From assembly GCA_045605175.1 (NCBI GenBank), contig JAZUPL010000010.1, positions 420 through 64,419 on the forward strand: DNA of 64,000 bases, given 5' to 3'. This DNA is from Eubacteriales bacterium. GTDB taxonomy: Bacteria > Bacillota > Clostridia > Oscillospirales > CAG-272. A program made the translations under genes and the position numbers. Under the pieces are notes generated by a model. The model did not search any database, was not told the origin of the DNA, and saw nothing but the letters and a program-made list of their open reading frames with translations. Shown piece after piece: positions 56,659-64,000 of this stretch (position 1 is its first letter; the number at the start of each line of letters is the position of its first letter).

Positions 56659-57102
56659 ATGAAAATTTATGTAATTAACGGCCCTAACCTAAATATGCTC
56701 GGAATAAGAGAGCCTGATATTTACGGCTCTACCACGCTTGCCGACGTGGAATGTTCGATTGTTAAGCATTGTGAAAATATAGGCGTGGAGGTGGAGTGCT
56801 TCCAATCCAACCACGAGGGCGTTTTAGTAGATATAATTCAGGACGCATTTTACAAAAAGGTAGATGGGATAGTTATTAATCCTGCCGCCTACACGCATAC
56901 AAGCGTTGCTATTCTTGACGCATTAAAGGCTACTGCCCTGCCCTATGTAGAAATTCATATCTCTAACCCTATCGAGAGAGAGTCTTTCCGCCACCTGAGT
57001 TATATTAGGGACAACGCGGTTTCCACCGTTTGCGGAAAGGGTGTAGGCGGATACATTGAGGCTACCAATATTTTAGTTGAGTATTTACGAGGAAAGAATT
57101 GA
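56659..57102 (+). CDS. aroQ: Type II 3-dehydroquinate dehydratase
   Basis: 147 aa with INGPNLNMLGIREPDIYG, QSNHEG, INPAAYTHTSVA and EIHISN. Confidence 0.95.
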   Translation: MKIYVINGPNLNMLGIREPDIYGSTTLADVECSIVKHCENIGVEVECFQSNHEGVLVDIIQDAFYKKVDGIVINPAAYTHTSVAILDALKATALPYVEIHISNPIERESFRHLSYIRDNAVSTVCGKGVGGYIEATNILVEYLRGKN

Positions 57103-58319
57103 TGCGAGCAGTTATTACCCCATCACGAGCAAAAGGAATAGTTAAAGCACCGCCGTCCAAATCTATGGCACACAGACTGCTTATTTGTGCTATGCTATCC
57201 GAGGGTGAGAGTATTATTCGCGGTATTTCTAACTGCGACGATGTAAGTGCTACTATTGATTGTATGAGGGCTTTCGGTGCGACGGTTATCGAGCAGAGCC
57301 AAAATGTAAGAGTAGTTGGAATAAATGCAAACAAGGCATCTATTCGCTCCTCTCTTGCGTGCAGGGAGAGTGGAAGCACTTTGCGTTTCCTTATTCCAAT
57401 AGCACTTCTGTCACAAAAATGCGTGAATTTCCGTGGCTCAAAGTCCTTGATGTCAAGACCTATGGACGTCTATACAAAACTTGCAGAACAAAGGGGCTTT
57501 GGCTTCCTTTGTGATGGCGAGAGCATCACGGTTAAAGGCCCTATTAACGCAGGAGAATTCTCGGTTGTCGGAAATGTTTCAAGCCAGTTTATAAGCGGAC
57601 TATTGTTTGCTCTCCCCCTTTTACGCAAGGACAGCAAAATACACATCACACCACCCATCGAGTCAAGACCTTACATTGATATGACGATACAGGCTCTTGC
57701 CAGCTTTGGCGTGAATGTCTTTTGGGAGGATGAGCATACGCTCTTTATCCCCGGTGGTCAAAAGTACACGCCCACAGATATCGAGGTCGAGGGCGACTAC
57801 TCCGGTGCCGCTTTTATTGAGGCTTTAAGCCTTTTTGGCTGTGATGTCAAACTGTCAGGACTGTATGAAAACAGTTTACAAGGCGACATGGCATATCGGA
57901 GTTTTTTCCCACAACTTGAACTCGGTGCATCTACAATACACATAGGTGATTGCCCCGACCTTGGCCCTATTCTTTTTGCGGTTGCTGCGGCGAAAAACGG
58001 CGGTATTTTTAGCGGAACAAAACGCCTTAAAATAAAAGAAAGCGACAGGGCGGCGGCTATGGCAGAGGAATTAACCAAGTTTGGCACTTCTGTCACCGTA
58101 TATGAGGACAAGGTGGTAGTCTATCCCGCCGACTTCCACGCTCCAACCGAACCGCTTTACGGACATAACGACCACAGAATTGTTATGGCGCTTTCGGTGC
58201 TTTTGACTATCACGGGCGGAGAAATTTTGGGCGCTGAGGCAATAGCGAAAAGTTATCCCGAATTTTTCGACCATTTACGCTCGCTGGGGATAGGAGTGAC
58301 AGAATATTATGATAACTAA
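57102..58319 (+). CDS. aroA: 3-Phosphoshikimate 1-carboxyvinyltransferase (EPSP synthase)
   Basis: ORF 57099..58319. The ATG overlaps the aroQ stop (TGATG). Motifs PPSKSMAHR, RESGSTLRF, SSQFISGLL and DHRIVMA. Confidence 0.93.
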   Translation: MRAVITPSRAKGIVKAPPSKSMAHRLLICAMLSEGESIIRGISNCDDVSATIDCMRAFGATVIEQSQNVRVVGINANKASIRSSLACRESGSTLRFLIPIALLSQKCVNFRGSKSLMSRPMDVYTKLAEQRGFGFLCDGESITVKGPINAGEFSVVGNVSSQFISGLLFALPLLRKDSKIHITPPIESRPYIDMTIQALASFGVNVFWEDEHTLFIPGGQKYTPTDIEVEGDYSGAAFIEALSLFGCDVKLSGLYENSLQGDMAYRSFFPQLELGASTIHIGDCPDLGPILFAVAAAKNGGIFSGTKRLKIKESDRAAAMAEELTKFGTSVTVYEDKVVVYPADFHAPTEPLYGHNDHRIVMALSVLLTITGGEILGAEAIAKSYPEFFDHLRSLGIGVTEYYDN

Positions 58320-59172
58320 GAAAACAAGATTTCTTATAGTCGGTCTTGGTATAATAGGTGGCGGATATGCCGCCGCACTAACCAATGCGGGCTATAAGGT
58401 CAGATGTATCACAAAGGAACAAAAGGATATAGATTATGCCCTGAACAAGGGAATTATTGAAAAGGGTTTTACCACTGTTAGCCCTGAGGAAATAGAGCGG
58501 GCGGACATAATAGTTTTTGCCCTCTACCCAGAGGTGTTTATAGAATGGATAGAGAAATACGGCTACTTAATTAAGCCCGACACTCTCATTACCGACGTGT
58601 GCGGTGTGAAAAGCAGTCTGGTAGAAAAGGTGCAGGCAATTCTGCCGAAAAATGTAGAATTTATTTCGGCTCATCCTATGGCAGGCCGTGAAGGGAGCGG
58701 CGTAGAAAACAGCGATGCCACCGTTTTTCGTGGGGCAAACTATATAGTAGTACCTACCGAGAAAAACACAAAAGAAGCAATTGAGGTATGCTCGGAACTC
58801 GGAAGAATACTCGGTTTTGGGAGGGTTAGTATTCTCTCGGCAAAAGAGCACGACGAGATGATTGCATTTTTATCGCAATTGACACACGTTATTGCCGTTT
58901 CGCTTATGAATTGCAACGAAAAGGAAGGGCTGGAGGCCTATACCGGCGACTCCTTCCGTGACCTAACGAGAATTGCAAAAATTAACGATGCTATGTGGAG
59001 CAAACTGTTTCTTCTTAACAAGACTGCACTTGTGCAGCAAATGGATAGTTTCATTAAAGAAATGGAGAGATTTCGAACCGCACTGATAGAGGGGGACGAG
59101 TTCACTATGCGAGAAAAAATGCGGCACTCCACGAAAGAAAGAACCAAGTTTGACAAACCATCAAAGGTGTAA
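58309..59172 (+). CDS. tyrA: Prephenate dehydrogenase
   Basis: 287 aa. Rossmann N-terminus FLIVGLGIIGGGYA and ISAHPMAGRE. It overlaps aroA by 11 nt. Confidence 0.88.
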   Translation: MITKKTRFLIVGLGIIGGGYAAALTNAGYKVRCITKEQKDIDYALNKGIIEKGFTTVSPEEIERADIIVFALYPEVFIEWIEKYGYLIKPDTLITDVCGVKSSLVEKVQAILPKNVEFISAHPMAGREGSGVENSDATVFRGANYIVVPTEKNTKEAIEVCSELGRILGFGRVSILSAKEHDEMIAFLSQLTHVIAVSLMNCNEKEGLEAYTGDSFRDLTRIAKINDAMWSKLFLLNKTALVQQMDSFIKEMERFRTALIEGDEFTMREKMRHSTKERTKFDKPSKV

Positions 59173-59288
59173 CAACTAAACAAATGCAAAATGGTACTTT
59201 TTTCATCATTTTCGCCCATTTTCCATCTATCACTATAACAAAACAATGAAAGTGCAAAATCAAGGAACACGCACGGAAAGGATAAACA

Positions 59289-60326
59289 ATGAACAAAAAT
59301 ATGGAATTTTACCGAAAACTGCCCATACCGATGGAGATTAAAGAACAGTTCCCCGTATCGGCAGAATCGGCAAGGATAAGAGAAAAGCAACTTGCAGAAA
59401 TGGCGGATATTTTCGAGGGTAGGTCTAATCGTCTATTGCTCGTTATAGGTCCTTGCTCGGCAGACAGTGAAAAGCCCGTGCTCGACTATATTTCAAGGCT
59501 ACGCAGGATACAGGACAAGGTTAGGGACAAGATTATGATAGTCCCAAGAATTTACACCAACAAACCGAGGACAACGGGCGAGGGCTACAAGGGTATGCTA
59601 CACCAACCCGACCCTAATGCCGCCCCCGACCTGCTTCACGGAATAGTAGCAATACGCAGTCTGCATATCAAAGCCTTAGAGGAATATGGTTTCTCTTGCG
59701 CTGATGAGATGCTATATCCCGAAAACTATCGTTATCTTTCCGACGTGATTGGATACGTTGCTATCGGCGCCCGTTCCTCAGAAAACCAACAGCATCGCCT
59801 GACGGCAAGCGGAATAGACGTTCCCGTAGGTATGAAAAACCCCACCGGCGGAGATATTTCGGTAATGATGAATGCAATTAAGGCGGCACAAAGCGGCCAC
59901 GTATTCCTCTACCGCGGTTGGGAGGTCCGTAGTCACGGAAACCCACTTTGCCACGCTATACTCCGTGGATACGTGGATAAGCATGGCAAATCGCACCCCA
60001 ACTACCACTTTGAGGACTTATATTCTCTCTACGAGGTCTATGCCCAGAGTGGACTCAAAAATCCTGCGGTTATCGTCGATACCAACCACGCAAACTCGGG
60101 CAAGAAATACCTCGAGCAGATAAGAATAGCAAAAGAGGTTTTGCACAGTTGCCGCTACTGTCCCGAAGTAAGAGGATTGGTAAAAGGTCTGATGATAGAG
60201 AGTTACATCGAGGACGGATCACAAAAAATTTCCGACTGTGAGGTTTATGGAAAATCTATCACCGACCCCTGCCTTGGCTGGGAAAAGACAGAAAGACTTA
60301 TTTTCGAACTTGCGGACTCGCTTTGA
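59289..60326 (+). CDS. aroF: 3-Deoxy-7-phosphoheptulonate (DAHP) synthase, class I
   Basis: 345 aa with LLLVIGPCS, RIYTNKPRTTGEGYKGML, IGARSSENQQHR and DTNHANSGK. Confidence 0.9.
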   Translation: MNKNMEFYRKLPIPMEIKEQFPVSAESARIREKQLAEMADIFEGRSNRLLLVIGPCSADSEKPVLDYISRLRRIQDKVRDKIMIVPRIYTNKPRTTGEGYKGMLHQPDPNAAPDLLHGIVAIRSLHIKALEEYGFSCADEMLYPENYRYLSDVIGYVAIGARSSENQQHRLTASGIDVPVGMKNPTGGDISVMMNAIKAAQSGHVFLYRGWEVRSHGNPLCHAILRGYVDKHGKSHPNYHFEDLYSLYEVYAQSGLKNPAVIVDTNHANSGKKYLEQIRIAKEVLHSCRYCPEVRGLVKGLMIESYIEDGSQKISDCEVYGKSITDPCLGWEKTERLIFELADSL

Positions 60327-60336
60327 ATAATTCATA

Positions 60337-60372
60337 AATGCATCGCTATGTCAGGCGATGCATTTTTCTTTT
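60337..60372 (+). terminator. Intrinsic terminator of the aro operon
   Basis: AAATGCATCGC-TATGTCAG-GCGATGCATTT followed by TTCTTTT. Confidence 0.8.
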
Positions 60373-60525
60373 GGGGCTTGTTGATTTAGTGATATGTTTT
60401 TTATATACAAACTTTTTAACGAATTGTAAAAAGAAGCATTAAAGCGAGTTTAAGGTTGACAAATGTCAAAATATATGATAGCATAATGTGTGTATTATTT
60501 TGTAAAAAATTTTAAGGAGATATAT

Positions 60526-63500
60526 ATGAAGAACATTTTTAAGAAGATACTTTCACTTCTTCTCTGTGTTTTGATGTTGTCCTTGGTTATTCTTGGCGCT
60601 GTGTCCTGTGCCACTCCTAACACTCCTACCTGCACCCACCGTGATGCAGACGACAATAATATCTGTGATGAGTGTGGCGATCCTTTTAGCGATGGTGTGG
60701 ACAAAAAGCCGAGCGGCGAAAACCAAGACCCTCAAAAAAGCACATACACCGTATCTATTAAGTCCTATGGTGGACTCGCTCTTGACGGTGTGAGACTCTA
60801 TATTCACGAGGAGAATGACATTAACTCTCCCACTATCGCACGTGCAACCACCGACAAAAACGGTATTGCTACCCTTGAACTTCCCGCCTCGGATAATTAC
60901 TACATCGAACTTGAAAATTATCCTCTTGGCTATGTTGCAAGCGACCTTTACAAGATGGATACCACAGGCAAGTCCATAATGCTTATGTCGAAGCCCATAG
61001 ATCCCGATGAAGAGGAAATCTGGGATGTTAAAAAGTACGAACTCGGTGACGTTATCCACGATTTCACCATTACCGACCTTAACGGTGTCGAGCATACTGT
61101 ATCAGATGTACTTAAGGAAAAGAGCCTGTTGGTACTCAACTTCTGGTATGCAGGCTGTACCAACTGTGATGCAGAATTCCCCTACCTCTCCTCCGCTTAT
61201 GACAAATATTCGAGCAAGATGGAACTCTTCGCTATCAACGACTATGCAGGAGAAACCATAAACGACGCACTTAACCATATAATTCAGGATAAAGACGGCA
61301 ATATTATCGAGCCTAACTTCCCCAAGTTCTTCCTCGACGTAGCCTCCGACCCCGACCTGTTCTTGCTTGACAAGTTTGGCAGTACAGGTTATCCCACTAC
61401 CGTAATGATAGACAGATACGGCGTTATCTGTATGATTGAGATAGGCGGTATTCCCAGCGAGAAGCCTTTCGTTAAGGCTTTCGAGCATTTCACCTCCGAC
61501 AACTACGAGCAGAGAATTATAGAGAGCATTGATGACCTCAATCCCCCCATTATTCCCAATGTGGATATGCCCTCCTCCGAGGAAATGTCCGAGGTGCTTG
61601 ACGGCGGTCTGCTTGACGTCACCTATTCTGCCGACGACAGCGACGAGTACGCTTGGCCCTTTGTTATCACTACAAAGGACGGTGTATCCTGCGTTAAACC
61701 CTCAAACTTTGACCAGGACGGCTCCTATGCTGCTCTGCTGTGCAAGGTATATCTTAAAGCAGGCGAGGCTCTTGTATTCGACTACCTCTCCTCTACCGAA
61801 AAGACGGATATATTTGTCGTAACGGTTGACGGCAAGGATATATACACTATTACCGGTGTTGACTCTGACGGCGAGTGGGACACTTGTTGCACCTGGGTTG
61901 CCGAAACCGACGGATATTATGATGTAAACTTTGTATACGCAAAGGACCTGGCTGGTTATGAAGGCGACGATGCTGTATATATCAAGGATCTTCGCATTAT
62001 CAGCGAGGAAGACGTCCCTGTCAAGACTTACATCTTCCGCTTTGCAGCGGTTTCAAATAACGGTCAGTACACCTATGCAGACATTTATTACAACGAAAAT
62101 GACGGCTATTACCACGTAGGCAGCGAAAACGGTCCGTTGCTCCTCGTTGATATGCTTGGCAATTACACCCAGTTTGAGATGCTTCAAGCAAATCGCAAGA
62201 CTATGTTTGAGCGTCTTTACGGTATCACTAACAAAGATGACAATGATATGCCTATCTTTATGGTTGGTGGCAAAAATGTCTTCGCAAGTCTTGAAAACTA
62301 CGGCACTTATTCGGTACATTCCGACATCAGCGGTTGTATCCCTGTAACCAAAGAACTTAAGGATATGCTCGTAGCATACGCCGATATGTTCAGAAACGAG
62401 GTTGGAAAGCCCGCAAACGATAATCTCTGGTTGCAGTTGTGCTGCTATTACAGCGCATACGGCCCTGACGTAAAGCAACTTGAAGACCCTATTAAAGGTC
62501 TTGCGCCCTTCTCCCCCTTCATCGCAGTCGAGGGCGAGGAAAACGTTATCACCTACAATAAGATAATCGTTCCAAGAGGACTTCTTTACAAATTTGTTCC
62601 TACCATAAGCGGTGTTTACAGAGTTACAAGCAGAGCAAATAGTTTGACCGGTATTGTTGGTTGGATATTCGCTGCAAACACAGATAACCCTCACACCGAA
62701 TGGGCAGAGGAGGGTGGCAGATCTAACCCGATCTTCCATCTTACCACAAACGAAATTCACTACGAAAGATATAGCCCAGAACTTCTCATTATTGACCACT
62801 ATGTAGTAGAGTGTCCCGAATGTGGAACGAGCGTCACTGTGGCAGAAAATGCTACAAGTGCAACCTGTACAAACAGTAATTGTGGGGCGACTATTACGGA
62901 TATGTCCGGTATTACCCCAATATACAGCATCGACCGCAGGAACATATCCATGACCGCTTATCTTGAGGCGGGCAAGAGTTATTATATCTCGCTTGCCTAC
63001 CACACCGTAGAGGAACTTGGCACCTTCAGTTTCGACCTTGACTATGTTGGAGAGAGTTTTGATAGATTTATCAGCACCTCACCCGGTTCTCACACTGTGG
63101 AACTGTTGCCTGACGGCTCTTTCGGTAACATTATCCATGGAGGAGTTGACGCTCAACTCTGCCACCTCGATAACTGTGCCGAATGTGAATATGCAGCAAC
63201 AACACTTGGCGACCCTGTCGGTACAAAGTATTATCACCATATCAAGAGCAAGGGCTCACTTGTTGGCGAGGGCTACTACGGCGGCAGTCTTGCACTGCAA
63301 AAAAGACTTCCCTTTGTCGGCTTCGCGTCGCTGTCCTACAAGGCTATCGCAGACACCTACAACGGCACGGAGGTTGTTGGTGACTCCACCTATTACTACA
63401 CTGTTATGCTCGAAGAAGATGGCACCGGTAATATAAGCATTACCACCGCCATAGGAGAGAGTATTATCGATCTTCAGATCACCTCTTACACCTTTGAGGG

Positions 63501-63909
63501 CGAAAACATTGTTGCAACTTACAAGAATTATGCAGGCTCGCAAGAGGTCGTTTCAGGTGAGTTGACTCTTTCTGTTAGCGAGGGTAAACTCGGCTCGCTT
63601 ATCTATGCTGACTTCTATATGCCTACAAGCATCTTCACCGATAGCGGACTCAACGCTCTTGTTGACTTTAAGACCCACAACCAGGAAAACGAACTTGTTT
63701 ACCTATTTGGCGAATATAGAGAAATAATACGCAACTACGTTGAAAACAAGATGCTTAACGAGGCAGACTATCCCGAAAGACAGGGTTGTATCCCCGTTAG
63801 CGAGGAACTTGCAACCATACTTCAGTACGTTATGGATACATCAGTGTTTGAGGACGTTTATCAGTCCTGGTTGAAGTTGTGCTATTACTATGATTCTCTC
63901 GGACAATAA
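60526..63909 (+). CDS. Very large lipoprotein of the same paralogue family, with an embedded TlpA-like thioredoxin (CxxC) domain and two CIPV(T/S)xEL...WLxLCxYY modules
   Basis: ORF 60490..63909. ATG 60526 follows AAGGAG. Lipobox LSLVILGAVSCA, then CTHRDADDNNICDECG. An Ig-like domain (YTVSIKSYGG...LENYPLGY) is followed by a thioredoxin fold (LVLNFWYAGCTNCDAEFPYL...GYPTTVMIDRYG). Motif copies: SGCIPVTKELKDML...DNLWLQLCCYYSAYG and QGCIPVSEELATILQYV...QSWLKLCYYYDSLG. Confidence 0.75.
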   Translation: MKNIFKKILSLLLCVLMLSLVILGAVSCATPNTPTCTHRDADDNNICDECGDPFSDGVDKKPSGENQDPQKSTYTVSIKSYGGLALDGVRLYIHEENDINSPTIARATTDKNGIATLELPASDNYYIELENYPLGYVASDLYKMDTTGKSIMLMSKPIDPDEEEIWDVKKYELGDVIHDFTITDLNGVEHTVSDVLKEKSLLVLNFWYAGCTNCDAEFPYLSSAYDKYSSKMELFAINDYAGETINDALNHIIQDKDGNIIEPNFPKFFLDVASDPDLFLLDKFGSTGYPTTVMIDRYGVICMIEIGGIPSEKPFVKAFEHFTSDNYEQRIIESIDDLNPPIIPNVDMPSSEEMSEVLDGGLLDVTYSADDSDEYAWPFVITTKDGVSCVKPSNFDQDGSYAALLCKVYLKAGEALVFDYLSSTEKTDIFVVTVDGKDIYTITGVDSDGEWDTCCTWVAETDGYYDVNFVYAKDLAGYEGDDAVYIKDLRIISEEDVPVKTYIFRFAAVSNNGQYTYADIYYNENDGYYHVGSENGPLLLVDMLGNYTQFEMLQANRKTMFERLYGITNKDDNDMPIFMVGGKNVFASLENYGTYSVHSDISGCIPVTKELKDMLVAYADMFRNEVGKPANDNLWLQLCCYYSAYGPDVKQLEDPIKGLAPFSPFIAVEGEENVITYNKIIVPRGLLYKFVPTISGVYRVTSRANSLTGIVGWIFAANTDNPHTEWAEEGGRSNPIFHLTTNEIHYERYSPELLIIDHYVVECPECGTSVTVAENATSATCTNSNCGATITDMSGITPIYSIDRRNISMTAYLEAGKSYYISLAYHTVEELGTFSFDLDYVGESFDRFISTSPGSHTVELLPDGSFGNIIHGGVDAQLCHLDNCAECEYAATTLGDPVGTKYYHHIKSKGSLVGEGYYGGSLALQKRLPFVGFASLSYKAIADTYNGTEVVGDSTYYYTVMLEEDGTGNISITTAIGESIIDLQITSYTFEGENIVATYKNYAGSQEVVSGELTLSVSEGKLGSLIYADFYMPTSIFTDSGLNALVDFKTHNQENELVYLFGEYREIIRNYVENKMLNEADYPERQGCIPVSEELATILQYVMDTSVFEDVYQSWLKLCYYYDSLGQ

Positions 63910-63918
63910 GGAGGAATT

Positions 63919-64000
63919 ATGAAAAAACTTTTAGCACTTATACTGTGCTTTGCAATGCTTTTGTCCTTTGCGGCAATTTTGACTTCCTGTGGCACCCCCG
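63919..64000 (+). CDS. Lipoprotein, N-terminal fragment (continues beyond window)
   Basis: AAGGAGG RBS, then MKKLLALILCFAMLLSFAAILTSCGTP. The lipobox plus CGTP matches the start of the 1014-aa lipoprotein (SCGTPTPP). Confidence 0.6.
   Translation, partial: MKKLLALILCFAMLLSFAAILTSCGTP

Noticed and set aside
1-64000. Scan for CRISPR arrays, rRNA, transposases, integrases, phage genes, toxin-antitoxin pairs and known defence-system genes.
   Set aside because: Nothing was recognised. I saw no regularly spaced 25-40-nt direct repeats and no DDE, tyrosine- or serine-recombinase motifs. There were also no nuclease/helicase/methylase islands. The only repeat arrays are the short ones reported at 33304-33338 and 33527-33750.

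Overview
This is a chromosomal segment from a low-to-mid-GC anaerobic Firmicute, probably Clostridia (SLH-domain wall protein, NrdG, Ddh-route lysine synthesis, YdjI-type SPFH protein). I saw no rRNA, CRISPR array, transposase, integrase or prophage genes. Most of the window is housekeeping and tightly packed: nnr, an RluA-family synthase, a uvrB-uvrA-nrdG-dut operon, yebC, argS, hom, sdaA and bioY. It also holds a lysine-riboswitch-controlled dapA-dapB-ddh-lysA operon, one tRNA-Arg(CCG), and a complete 8-gene aromatic amino-acid operon (pheA-aroB-aroC-aroE/K-aroQ-aroA-tyrA-aroF) next to a divergent TetR gene with two matching operators. Five parts are less ordinary. (1) A 12.5-kb, 7-gene minus-strand operon: a membrane protein, MoxR ATPase, DUF58, two BatA_N/vWA membrane proteins and two large lipoproteins. 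(2) Paralogues of those lipoproteins flank the aro operon, and one carries an embedded TlpA-like CxxC thioredoxin domain. (3) A PspA-less SPFH/zinc-ribbon four-gene module. (4) About 485 nt of non-coding DNA lies between the tRNA and a GH31 gene, containing a tandem array of covarying hairpins separated by a conserved GATGATATNC spacer. (5) A cytidylate-kinase-like protein is fused to a ParB/Srx-like domain. CDS coordinates follow the supplied ORF track, with start codons adjusted where an RBS-supported internal start is evident. Hand-derived coordinates for RNA, promoter and terminator features may be off by a few nt. All family assignments come from motif recognition by eye; no database search was run.
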